The notes under the pieces are model-generated. The model saw only the letters and a list, made by a program, of their open reading frames with translations, made no database searches and was not told the DNA's origin. A program made the translations under genes and the position numbers. Shown piece after piece: positions 11,601 to 24,645 of a stretch of 64,000 nt of DNA. The stretch is from Tubulanus polymorphus (Eukaryota; Animalia; Nemertea). Numbering within the stretch: position 1 is the stretch's first letter; every line of letters starts with the position of its first letter. The DNA lies in the NCBI RefSeq assembly GCF_964204645.1, contig NC_134025.1:25028299-25092298 (forward strand), written 5' to 3'.

Positions 11601-14600
11601 ACACGCGTTTCCTCGACATTCGCGCCTAAATTGAAGTAGTGTAAATTATTTACGACGGAAGCAAACTGAACTTAGAGAGAATTGGTCCTTATTATCGTTA
11701 TTATCAAGCCACAATTGAATAAAATGTGTTCGTAGTTATTAATTAAAACGTGCTCTATCGATTTTGATCGTGTCTCTGAGTAATGCGGTAAATCCAGGGA
11801 TTTTAGGGACGACGCGGTCGGTTCGGTTCTGAATCATCTGGAAAGACGTTCGTTTTGCGCTCAAGCGATAAATCCGCATCAGTAAATCCATTATAATATC
11901 ATCGTTAAGCGATCTAAGTCGATGATAAAACATTCGACGTAGAATTCAATAGAATTTTTCTACGATCCTAGAACGCGTGATAACCATAAAACACGCCTTA
12001 TGCAAACAACAGAAAATGTTTTATTTTGCGTACGGATGCAACCGTATATATGGCATCGTTATGCACGCAAAAAAACATTTCAGAAGAAAACCAGTTATCA
12101 AGCAGTAGATGCGATAAAACTTAAAGAAATAGCTTTAATCTCTCGAAGAACGCCCAATGATGTTATCTGTAGAACTGTCTATACGAAAAGCAATGGAGGT
12201 TCCGTTGATTCGTGCATGCGTAATGGAGTCTTTCTATAAACCGTACGCTGAGAGAAAATGACTTCGGATAAATTTTTGCGATTTGTAACAAAATAAACAT
12301 CGACAAAAACTTTCAAACGAAACGATTTTACGTAAATATCACTGCATAGAACGAATCATTCAACTTTCAATTATGTACAAAGATGCATAAGGCGGGTTGG
12401 TTTGCAATAGCCTGACATTATTTTATTCTCGATATTTTGTGTCAATAATGTCTGCCTACAGCTTTATCCAACTAATTTATGTTGATGATGGTAATTATAT
12501 TTTGTTTATATATATATATAAATATATGTCACATTCACAACCTACGTAACCTATAGGGTATTTGGTTAATAGCAAACATATATAGAGTACCGTAGTTCAG
12601 TTCTGAGTTTTGCTGAAAGATGATATCTATGTGTTTTCGCACGGAAAATAACAAGTTTTCAAACGGGTCGAGAAAATTCAATATGGCGCGTAATACATAG
12701 TTAAGAGAGGAAAACGCCTAGAATTATTTTCTCAAAATTATTTCATGGATATATATTCGGCGTTCGTGATGTTTTCGCTACAAAGAACGGTTTTGAAAGA
12801 GAATGGTTGAATTATTCTTTTTGGTTTACGAATTTTATGCTTGGAAGCATTTGGTGCGCTTATTAACATAAGTTATGTCCACGTATGGACACACTCAGGT
12901 TGGGCTAGGGAATTTTTTCCGCTACTAAAGAAATTTTCCTCTACATTCTGCTAGATCTTTTTCATGTTTGCTGAAATATTTCGTATACTAGTGCCCTTTT
13001 TCAGAAAGGTATCAAGAATATTATATAGTTCTTTTAGCGTGAATTTCAGTCAACTAATTTTTTGTTGAAAGTTATCTTTTATGACTCTGTCACATTTTAG
13101 TTGGCTTTTTATTTAGATTCAAATTAGTTTATTTAGGATGGCGATTTTATCTTTATTGTGTGTATTTGCTTAAAAGATTATTTAGTCATTTTCTAATAAA
13201 GTAAGGCTTCGTACGTACAGAAGCTGGCATTTATCAAGGCATTCAATTATTTTTGAATTCCAGAATCTAATCAGAATTCCAGAACAACTACGTTCAGGCA
13301 TCTCACCTCGTAAAATATTTTCGTAACAAACAGCAAAAATGATCCAGAGAAAATAAATCCGCGATTCACTTGAATAATCTCTGCAGACTCTGAACGCGCG
13401 CCAGTAATGGTGAATTGAACGCGTGTGGTGGTGTCGACGCGAACGCGGGAATCTACGCATGATGTTACCGCATGGCTACAACGCCAAATGCGACATTCCC
13501 ATCACAACTCAAATCCTACGGCAAATTTCATCGTACTTATCTTTATCGACATTCAAAGTGTTTTATGTATTGAAATTATATAGAGAATAGAGGAGAAATA
13601 ATATTCTAAACACTTCGTAAGATTCTTCTTATGGAATTCTAAACATATATACGCGATTAAAATCATTCGTGAATGAATAAGTTTTTATTTTATCTATGAT
13701 ACGTATATCTAGATTCCATACTAACTTTCAGATTCAGGTGTGAGACGCACCGCTTCTACTTTAAGTAAATAAATCGTTCGTGAACAAAGGAAAACGGGAA
13801 GCTTGTATATTTTGGATGTATTTTATATCATATTCAAGTCGACCTAAATTCAAGGCATTAAATATCATATATATTTCTGCGTTGTTCTGGTGGTAGATTA
13901 GTCAATGTTCGAAAATCGCTAGACCGAGTCGGGGGAACAGTACTGCACTTGTCGCCAAGTGTTTCGCGGACCTGTTTTACAATGGTTACTGAAGCGTAAA
14001 ATCTTGTTATGAGTATACAAATCATTTAACCAAAAGTGAAACTACTACGTCGAAATTCCATATAACATCATGATAATCTTAGGTTAATAAAGTTTTTCAA
14101 TCTTTTTTCAACCATTAATCGAATAAAGTAGCGTAAAGAATCCCGCAGAAAAATATTTCCGAATTTGATATGCAATCGAAGGCGAGGTCTTATCACCTTG
14201 AGAACAAACATAAAGATCACTTTCGTAGAAATTGATTCTAAAAATTATTGAAATAATTTTTGAAAAAAATAGTATGTCAGGAGAGTGGGTGGTATTAGTC
14301 AAATTTAGTTCACTCCCATCGCTAAACTCCAAGTGAATTCCACTGAGATCTTCGGGAACCTGGGTCCTGGGATTTAAATCGCAATACACGGATATCTATT
14401 CCTACTTACTTTTACTTTTCTTTTCTCGTTTTCCTTTTCCTAAAAAGAGTCTTTAACGAATCTGTCGTAGTGGAATGATCCCGTGACAGTGCGGTAGGTG
14501 TGACAGTCTGGTACTGAATGCCGATTGCAGTTCGCCCGGACCCGATTTACGTATATATACGAAAGCGTATTGAGCATTGTCTGTCTTGTTGTTACTGTAC

Positions 14601-15682
14601 TCTCAAAGCCGTAAGCGTTTAATTATGCCGTATAATTAAAGCACTTAGGTCGTTGCTTAGAAAATCATCAAAGGGAACTGGGAAGTTAGATACAGAAAGT
14701 CAGTTTTTAAAGGAATTTTCATGAATGGGCATATCCCCGTAATACAACGGTTTTGTATAGTTGACAATGTCAATCTTTGTAAATTAATTATCATAATGCA
14801 AGACTAGCAATTACGATATCCGTGTAAAAATTCATCCTCTCTATTTCTTAAATTCATTAGTTGTTTATGCAGTGTTTTTGTGTGAAAATATACAGAAGCT
14901 GTTGTACGGGCGTTTCTAATTGCATCGAGGTTAACTGAAATAATAAATGAACGATTGTAAATTACTTAAGGGAATTAGTAAAATAGATATCTTCTTTAAG
15001 TATATAGAAAAAAATCATAAGTTTAAAAACGAATTATATTTAGAGATCAAAACTCAATTTTGTGATCAGCAACGTCGTGACAAATGTTATGAGAAATTTT
15101 ACATAACATAACATACAATGATAGACAGACAGGGTTCTCCAGAATCGTGCGCATTTGGAATGAAATGAGAACGAAATAAATGGCATGGAGAACTTAAAAA
15201 CAAAACAGAAAAGGGAGTGATTGGATATCTCGATCTGAAGTTTTGGAAGTTTGATATCTCTTCGAAATAATTCTCTGTAGGTACTTATCCAGGTTTTGTG
15301 AATAATCAGGGTTTTCAAAAACTTTGCAACTGTATTTAGAGTGGAGCGGGTAGAAATATAAGCGGGATGTAAATCGTTGATATCTGTTCTATATTAAAGG
15401 GCACATGGACAAAACATGAAATAATTGTCTACTCTCGATTTCAAGTGTTAATTAAGATCAAAGGATCTGTAACAATACAGCAGATGCTCAAGTGATCATA
15501 GTGATCAAACCTCTATTGTTATCAACGATTACGGTAGAATAATTACTGATAGTATTAATTATTCCTCAACTCTGTAGGGCGAACATCATTACGAGAACTT
15601 GACGTAGAAAATATCGGAGACCTCGAGATCAAAAGTAGTTAGATTTTCTTAAAATTTCTTCTATCTCAACATATATGACCGC

Positions 15683-15716
15683 GCATGGACGTATAAACTA
15701 GTTTATACGTCCATGC
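15683..15716. repeat. Perfect 34-bp palindrome flanked by ACCGC direct repeats
   Basis: ACCGC-GCATGGACGTATAAACTAGTTTATACGTCCATGC-ACCGC, read directly from the sequence. Confidence 0.85.
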
Positions 15717-16721
15717 ACCGCGTAAGTTTTCGAGCCATCGGTGAAGTTGAAAGCCGGGGCCTGTTTTCTAAGACCGGTATCAACTTCAACTCAATCGGGA
15801 ATGAATTGAGGTAGCTTCCGTATTAAAACATTTCGCTATTTTGAATAGTGAGGGTTCCTTCAATTCCTGCCATATAGGTTATCTGTTTTCTAGAGTTCAT
15901 ATTGTATCTCAGAGAAATGTGTCCATCATTTGCGGCGTTTGTTTCCTCGTGATAGCTTTGTTGATTTGGGTGCATCATTTTAAGGTCTTTTTGCCGAGAG
16001 TCAACTTGTCTGAAGTTTTCGAATCGAATGAGTCATGAGTTTGTATATTTCAAGAATAAAAAAGAAGTAAAACGCCAAATTCTCAATATCAAATCTTTAA
16101 TTTCACATAACGAAATATCTAAATAAAATGTACAAAATCTGGAATCAGTCCAATAACAAAACCGTTCAGTGCAAGAGATAAAATGGTTCAACTTATTCTT
16201 TTCAAGAAAAACAACAACTTTACAATACTTAGCAGCTGTAAGAGAAGGTTGACTTTCTTTGCGTACTAACAATATAGAAGATTTTTCTAACGACTGAATT
16301 TTCCACACAAAATATACAATACACCGACAATTCATAAAGTTCTTTATGAATTTTTGAATACTCGTAATCTTTTCTCACAAAAAAATCCAATTTAACGATT
16401 AATAGGATAGAACAAATGAGGTATTTTGACCCAAATGAGGGAAATTTCGAACGATGGACCATCTATTATAACGATCAACACTTCAGCCCTTAAAATTTCC
16501 CCTCCGCCTGAAAAAGGTGTTAATCACACTAAATGATAACCATGATGAAATGTGTCAATGTTTCAGATACGTACGTTTAAAAATCATCAATGAAAGTAAA
16601 CACTTCCTCATGAATTACTAGTAAAATTAATGATTAAGATTCAGATCAATTATCAGAACCGTTTCTTCGCGAATCTATGCACCGGTAAATGCAACTCTCG
16701 ATAATATCATGATAATTAGCA

Positions 16722-16777
16722 CCAGAATGATTGTACTGCATCAAAATGATTGTATTCTTTATCAGAATGATTGTACA
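16722..16777. repeat. Three degenerate tandem copies of CAGAATGATTGTA (period ~19-21 bp)
   Basis: CAGAATGATTGTAC...CAAAATGATTGTAT...CAGAATGATTGTAC. Confidence 0.6.
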
Positions 16778-17227
16778 TATATGAGTGATGTATTTCAATC
16801 AATCACAATCTCCGTCATTTCTAAGCAACTCTCAATCAGTCGATACCAGCTCTAGACGAACTTATTGTCAGCAGTTCCATCTTATCTTCACAGGGAACTT
16901 CTCATGATTTAGTTGCGTAGGCTGCTTTGATATATGATACCGTATCACTACAATACAAAATACATACACGTATCAAAGAAAACATTAAATTAAGGTCATG
17001 ATAATCTTAATACCATCAATAGACTAAGTCACATACTTTGTATAGAATGTACACACAATATCAGTTTCAAAACTTGACTTAACTTCCAATTAGGGATACA
17101 TCTGAATCTACTTAGGTTACAAGTATAGTTTATTGAAGAAACCAATTCGAAATTTGAATATTGAAATGGCCCCCCAAGTCCCTGGAATGTTAACTGTTAT
17201 GTCGATACTTGAAATTTGGCCAGAAAA

Positions 17228-18751
17228 ATGGAGATGTATGTATGTATGCTGGTGATCACAGCATCTGTCACTGCTTGGAGTAATCAGACTGAATACTCCA
17301 AGATCACTATTAGTTCTTACGAGAGAGAATTATCATTACAAATAAACATAGCGGACGGAATGTTGCGAAATGATAGTGCTAATTTTCACGAAGAGATGAA
17401 ACATCTACGAGAAAGATTCCATATCTTGGAAAAGTGGTTGAAAAGATACCACATCAGGCTCAGCGGAGAAGTCGCAACATGGCGAAACGAACAATCAAAA
17501 AGAGCAATCAAAATCAAAAAGGAGATTTCAGAAATTTTCCAAAAGATCGACGAAACAAAAGCGAGCGTATCGATGGCTACCGATATCAAGAACTCAGTGA
17601 TCAATTTCCTTGAAAATAGAGTTACTTCTCGGTTTACAAACATCATCCGGGGAAGAATAAAATTCGTTCCGACTGCATTCTCAATCGCTGATATGACTGG
17701 ATCGCTTCAACATTGTAATAATGACAGAAGGGATTGTAAATCAACTCCCGAGTTGAGAACACAATATCCTTATAGAATGCTTCTTTCGGACATGGAGGCA
17801 CCAAATTCTTCTATGCAGAAATCTTTTGTAAAGCTACCAACTCTTTTCACATACGACAGGTACCTCACGTGGATGGTTTCAAGTCACCGGGATGGACATG
17901 AATTCATTGTGTGGAGTTTGTCAGTGAATGGTTTTAATATCAGAGGCAGAAAAACACTCGCAAACACTGAAGCAATTCTCGGCATCGTTTATCATGAGGT
18001 ATTCGGAATGATAGTACTGATCAAGGATAGAAGAGGAATCTTTCTAAGAAGGTATGAAAATGCCCAATTTTTTAGCTTCAAGGAAACGAATGTGAGCGTC
18101 ATCTGCCGAAATAGTGATCAAGTCTCGATTTCTCTCCTTGAAAACCGGATCAATTTTCACTTAAACGGAAAAATTAACTCATACCCCTTGGATTCCGATA
18201 CAATTCTAAATAAACAACTGATTGCTTCATATCATGTACCCTTCGGTACAGGAACTAAAGCACTGCCGTTCAACGCACCGCCAGTTGAAATTATGAGTGT
18301 GGAATATTTCGCTGTAAGGCTGTATTGCGCTTACGCAGTTATTTCGGAATCGCCGACTCGAGTCAAGTTGTATCGCGTTACGAATGAAGGTGAATTCACA
18401 CACGTCGTAGAAATAAACAGATTCTTCAATGAAACCAGGAATCGGTTCATATCGAATGGTCTCGTTGCTATCGATGAAAATAACATTCTACTGTTGACGA
18501 CATCGCAAACATCTGGCGAAAAAGGCATCTGGCGAAGCAGCATTTCGCACGTGCATTACAACGGGGAAAAGAAAGGTTTCGACAAACCGAGAATCGTTTG
18601 GGACTACAGCGGCTCGGAATACATGAGCGCGATATCTAATAATAACGGAGATCAACTGATAACTGTATGGTATAATGTTACATCGCATTTCTTCCGCATA
18701 GCAATTTACGATATCTCTAAAGTGGAAGACAATATACCAAGCTACAATTGA
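17228..18751 (+). CDS. Intronless predicted secreted glycoprotein, 507 aa: signal peptide, coiled coil, beta-rich (probable propeller) C-terminal domain; no recognised family
   Basis: 1.5-kb ORF in AT-rich DNA with AAAAATG start context. It has a hydrophobic leader (MEMYVCMLVITASVTA), six N-x-S/T sequons (NQT, NDS, NSS, NVS, NET, NVT), a helical heptad-like region at about aa 25-130 and short beta-strand repeats after about aa 200. Confidence 0.75.
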   Translation: MEMYVCMLVITASVTAWSNQTEYSKITISSYERELSLQINIADGMLRNDSANFHEEMKHLRERFHILEKWLKRYHIRLSGEVATWRNEQSKRAIKIKKEISEIFQKIDETKASVSMATDIKNSVINFLENRVTSRFTNIIRGRIKFVPTAFSIADMTGSLQHCNNDRRDCKSTPELRTQYPYRMLLSDMEAPNSSMQKSFVKLPTLFTYDRYLTWMVSSHRDGHEFIVWSLSVNGFNIRGRKTLANTEAILGIVYHEVFGMIVLIKDRRGIFLRRYENAQFFSFKETNVSVICRNSDQVSISLLENRINFHLNGKINSYPLDSDTILNKQLIASYHVPFGTGTKALPFNAPPVEIMSVEYFAVRLYCAYAVISESPTRVKLYRVTNEGEFTHVVEINRFFNETRNRFISNGLVAIDENNILLLTTSQTSGEKGIWRSSISHVHYNGEKKGFDKPRIVWDYSGSEYMSAISNNNGDQLITVWYNVTSHFFRIAIYDISKVEDNIPSYN

Positions 18752-18928
18752 GGTGTTTCAGCATCGAATTTGATTTTGTTTTTTGCATGGAACCAACGTG
18801 AAAAACACATAACTTAGTTATGTTTAGTAATTGTGCTTACCAAAAACATTTAAGAAACCAAAATATAATACCAATACCAACCTATGAGAGTTATTTTTGG
18901 AAGATCCAGCCCAGTTAGCAGTATGTAC

Positions 18929-21900
18929 TTACTTGTGCATGTAGAAGAAAATGTAACCATCGCATTCCCGTTTTTGACGAACTTCTGTTTCATTGATTTC
19001 TTTCACGTACGAGTCATCGTAAGAAAACCATTTATTCTTCTTGATGCTAAACACGTCCGCAATATAGTGACCTGAAACCGTTGAAGGGACATATGATTGA
19101 ATTATGGAGTGACTTATTAGACCCAGAGCAGCCTTGAATTACAGGTAGACAAAATACAAGCTTAAATTTAAGGACTGCTTTTTATTCATTTGAAAGGGTA
19201 TAGAAGCAACAGTTCTTACGATGTAATTCATGACCTCAACCAAACCCAGGGATATTTGCATATTTATTGAATAAATCTATTAACCAAAATAGCTCATAGT
19301 TTTTATTCAATTAAAATCTTTCTATATCTAGGTACCTATTTTTGAAGAGTCTCCTTTATGACTGACGACACTCATCAGTGTATATGAATGTGGCAGTTCA
19401 CTATTCTGAAATAAAAGTGTATGCAAATCATTTTCAAATTTTGTATTCATATGTGAATGGGAGATCTGCCATATATCACGCAACCTCCCTTTCAGACACC
19501 TCAGCAAATGCAAATGCATGTAGTACCTCACAATTTTCTTTTATCTTTTGATCAATAAATGCTTCAATGCCGTCAATTTCATCCAAATACGTCAGATCTA
19601 TGCATTCATTCTGCACTGCTCCCTCCAAAGGTTCAATTTCTACAAGAAAGAAATTTCTCTACTAACTTTCGAAAGAATGTCCGTCGCATACATTGAAATG
19701 AAAAGGGTTAGCGCATACCTCTCAGACTCAACTCTTTTGCTTTTTTAATCGCTTCTTCCTCATCGTCTAAATCAACCATCTACAAATCAATGATACTACA
19801 GTATAAGAAGTATGCAGTACAGTTGACTCGAATTAGTATCAGCTTTGTACTATTCAGTTTATAGTAAAATATTATTGGCAGTAGGATGATTTATTTACCG
19901 CTATGGGGGAGGTAGGTGCACCGTTAATATCTTTTGATCTGTTCTCGTCTCCAGGTAATGGTACATTCTGACCAACAGAAATTGGCTCAGACCACTGAAA
20001 AAAATAGCATAAATTCCAACAGGATTTTAAGCAAATTACTGTGACAAACAGATTTTTGATAATGTCACTCACTAGGGAGTCCTTTCTACTTTCTTCGAGA
20101 GCTAATCGCATCTGTTCTTCTTCATCCAAATGTATAACCTATTTTAAGAAAAAGATAAAAATTATTACTGGTTTTTATGCATTTTTCATGACTGCAAGCA
20201 TCAAAATATGAGCTTTAGAATAGAAACAGGGCCAATTGCCTACATTTAAGAACAGTTCCAAGCCGAATTTGGTTCTCAAGGCAATCTTACAAAAAAAAAT
20301 GAGAATAAGATAATTGCTTATCAAGCAAATGAAAAAGCTTTTGCATTTAAGATTATCAAAATTGATTTATGTTTGTGAAGTAGAAAAGGGAAACTTACAT
20401 TCTGTGGTCCGGTATCTCTGATACTGTTCTCTAGAGCACGTTTCAAATCTTCATCATAACAACTGGATGATCTTCCCGTATCAGTTTTACTGTTTTCGAT
20501 CGCTTTCTTGAAGTCACTTTTCTCTACCTCCTTCATCAAGAATAAACATCAACCATCATCAACAATCGAATTTCCCTAATACTTCTAGATACAAATAATA
20601 AATTAGAGCTTACTTTTAGATCAGACGTTTTAAAATCTCGACCATCAACATCATCTCGAGTTCCTCTGTTTTCATCATTGCGACTCATCAGTGGAATTCG
20701 AAATTTGCTGCTGTAAAACAAAGAAACTTCTCTCTGCAAAATAACTCAACTCAACAACACACACAGTTAGACACCAATAGAGACAACATATTTGACTGTA
20801 CCTTTTAATTGTAGAAGTGATGGCATATGGGGCTTTCGCGTCACAATCGCTGAAGGGATATAATGTTACGAACTTCGGTATGATGAGTGGTTTTCCAATT
20901 TTTCGTATTGACATTGTATTGTACGAATAACGTTTCACGTGTATCGTGAGAACTCTGTAAAACAAACATTGATTGAAGGTCTGGATCAAGACCAAGGTTA
21001 ACTATAATATTGCGTTATGGACTTAACTCGGTAAAATTGAGAACCAGACAAATATGAAATACTGTACGCCATCAATATCCATGTCAATTGAGTCCGTTTT
21101 ATACTAAAACTTAGATCTATCGTACCTTGGAACTTTCGTTATTTGATGCTCAACATTAGCTTCTGTTTTCTCATGGCAGTTTTCACAATTATAGTCCGTT
21201 ACTTTTTCAGGCCTCTTGAAGAAGCTCAAAAGAGCATCTTGTAAACTGCATTGCTTTCCATCTCTGTTAGAAGTAGTAAAAAAAAGTGAAAAAATAATAA
21301 TCAATGGGCTCCGTTTGGTTATCACTTTTAGGTATACCTACCTTCTTCTGGGAAATTCTACAGAAAAGTCATAATACTTATTACATGTTTCAACCGTATT
21401 CAGACACCTACAAATAGACAGTGTGTTTTTATGAATAATAGTGTGTACCCTGGTACTTTATTTGTGGCAAAATCTTATGGTGCTTCTAAACACAATATAT
21501 TATTCAGGATGATTGGGTGATTTATTCCAAAAATTTAGTACAATTTTCCAATACTGTACCTATTGCACTTGAAAATATCTACAACATCACATTCAAAATT
21601 CAAAATCGTTGGATTTAAAATATCTGATGAAGACTGATGTCCCTTCTGCGGACTTGGTTGTTCATTATCGTTTGTTTTCAGCACCTCCTCTTTTAACTGG
21701 TCCAGCACTTGACTCAGGAATTCATGGGCATCCTGGATGAGAGATAATTAATCTTTAAATTTTCAGATACAGTAAAACTGAGTAGGACTTCCACGGTTGT
21801 ATCTGAATCAGTTCATTTCCAACTGAGAAAGTGACTACGGTAGTTTTTTAAGATGAGTAACGATGGTCTTTCAGTTGATTTGGATAGAGTACAACACTCA

Positions 21901-24645
21901 CATGTTGGTTGTAACCAGAAAAACGTTTTGCCGACGTTGATATAGCCGATTTAACTTTCTCCAAACACTCAGTTATTGATGAGCCTATATTTCCATTTGA
22001 AGAGGTTTTATCTTTAACTTTCCATAGTTGCATCATTCTCCTACAAAGACAAATTAACGATTGTTGATTTATTATGAAAAATCTTTTAAAACATCTGTCT
22101 TATCAAATGACCAGTATGAATATGAAATAATATATTACCGGTATATATATATATATATATCGTTTGGATGATGGAAACGACGCATGTCTACTTACACAAA
22201 CAGTGAATCTTTGGACATTAGATCAAGTACGTGAGGCTCTGGTTTGTGTATAAGATCAGAAACGAATGTATCTAAACAGTACAAAGACTGCAGAATGGCA
22301 TTCATATAACACGTGTTTCCCAGATTTGAGAACCTATAAAAATATATACATAAATTCATCAATATTCAAAGACTCTTACAAAGTCTATTTTCAAGATGCC
22401 TCTGATGTATATACTACAGCATGCAGCAGCAAGGTTTTCCATTTTTTCAATGTGAATTTAGGCTTACACTTGAATCAAGATATTGAAATTCAAAAACCTT
22501 TTGACTCAATAATAGACAGATGCACTGGTGACTGACTGTTCACTAATCTAAAACACTCATTGACAAGATGAAAATTATCACAGCTGTTTTTAGTGTTCCG
22601 CAATGAATATACAAACCCTTGCAATTTAGTATTCGAAGTTAAATAGCCGTCAATTTTTCGATGATTCATCGAATAGATATTGCCACGATTGAAAGTACAA
22701 GGTTTTTTCGCTCTCGGATTTTCAGGTAGCAGGCCAGGTTTCCTCTTAAAACTAGATCTGAAATACGATGCACAAACTTATTATTAACCAACAGTTGAGT
22801 GAAACCTAAAATTTAATCTCTTTGATAAGAGATATTGCTCAACGAACTATCATTTTCTGACTTACCCCGATCCAACTAATTGTCTGTTCAATAACTGCAT
22901 AGGAGATGAACCAGCTTGGGTTTTGTAAAAACTTGTAGTCTGTATCGAAGCTTTTTCTGCACCTTTTTTCAAGAAATCTACAGGTTTTTTCTTTTCAGTA
23001 CATACTCTATTTTGACTGCAATACAGCGGAATGATTATCATCAGAAATCCTCAATGTTGGTAAAAATTATAAAAGCCCTATTATTTCTGCATGAAACTGT
23101 GGACTTGTTTTGGGAAACCTATCGACCAAAATTCAATGTTTTTCATGATTCTATTACAATGTATCATATTACCGAACATTAATTCCATTATATTTACCTG
23201 AGGTGTTTGAATTCATCAGTTTTATCAGGCAGTGGTAAAGATCTATTCATTTTGTCTACAGATGCCGATTGCACGTAACTATATAAATAATTTCAATACA
23301 GACAAGTACAAATATAAATTTCTGAGGTAATATGAATTATTTGCTAATCTCATTGCTCATTTCATGCTTGCTTCAAAATACTTACATAATATCCTGATCA
23401 TCATTGGGAAATGGATTGAATTCATCTAGATCAATGCGATTTTCTTTTGTGCTGAAAGTACATGATTTCGCGTTTATGCAATCGAAAAGATTTGAATATT
23501 TGATAGATCAAAAAAATATTTGATACAAAATTCCCCGACTTTTCCCTGGTAAGTGGCCATCCTGATCAGTTTAGACCTACCTATCATGATCTCCATCAAC
23601 AAATAGTTCTCTACAACGACTATCTTTCATTCTGGAATTAGATCTAAAATAATTTCACTAATCAGTCCTCACTGTTCTTTCTTAAATTCTGGCTCAGGAG
23701 GTCTTCACACTTTGTGCTATTTTCTGGGACATGCCCTCTTCCCGAAGTCAGTCAGAATATGATTCAGGATACCAACATTGTGCATCAACGTATACTGAAG
23801 AACTTAAATCCAGGTATAACCTTCAAATATTTGCAGAATCGGTTTCTGTATTCTCCCTAGAATTAGCTGAAATAGAATTAAACCTTCAACCTACCTGGTG
23901 AAACTGGATGGAGAAGTTGTCGATATATTACCGATACCCAGTCCCTGATCGTAACTATTCAAACTACCAGCTGATCTAGCCTTCTTAAGTGGAGTTGTTG
24001 AAGAAGTACAAAACATATCCAATACCGGTATATCATCGGTATAATCGTGTTTTTCGATATTTCTTTCATTAACGACTTGTGGAGTACTCGACTTCAACGG
24101 CATCAATTTTGTTCCTGTTGCAAAAAGTACAAGCTGAACAGTAAATACCCAATCCATGAATCGCTGCAATTGTAATTCTAGAGAATTGTGATAAAAAACG
24201 TAATGCCAAGAACTTACGACAAGGTGAAGTTCCATGTTTAATGCTTTCTAAATAGTTCTTCAAATCTTCCTTCGGTTTAGCGTTAGTTGATTTTAGGACA
24301 ATTGTAATAGAAGAAAAAAATTCTACGCGCAAAAAATCTGTTCTCAGGGTCACTCTTCTAATTCTTTCTGCAGTTAACTGAAAATGAGAGGATGAGAAGA
24401 TGCCATACAGTGGTGATAGGTCTCCACAAGTCAAGGGTCATTTATTGCATAGCCCAAGACCTTACCTTAAATTTATTCCTGCCCTCTAATATCCTGGTGC
24501 CATACAACTTCACTTCCAAATATGGTATTCCTTGTTCATAAGTTACTAATAAAGTCCCTTGGTTGTATTTAGTAGCCGCCCCTATATACCTTGATCCGCT
24601 AACTTTTATGACGCCTTGGCATTCCAATTTTGATGGAGTCGTCAT
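18929..24645 (-). CDS. USP37: Ubiquitin carboxyl-terminal hydrolase 37-like (USP26/29/37 family), multi-exon; last exon may lie at 16483-16507
   Basis: Cys box LQG|FSNLGNTCYMNAILQSL (exon ~22196-22334), FSGYNQH|DAHEFLSQVLDQLKEE, and His box VVSHKGDSSKIG|HYIADVFS...WFSYDDS...GYIFFYMHK. UIM-like motifs (DEDLKRALENS, EEEQMRLALEES) sit inside the catalytic domain. There is a KEN box at 23439-23447 and PH-like N-terminal exons at 24645-24466 and 24377-24218. Confidence 0.88.
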
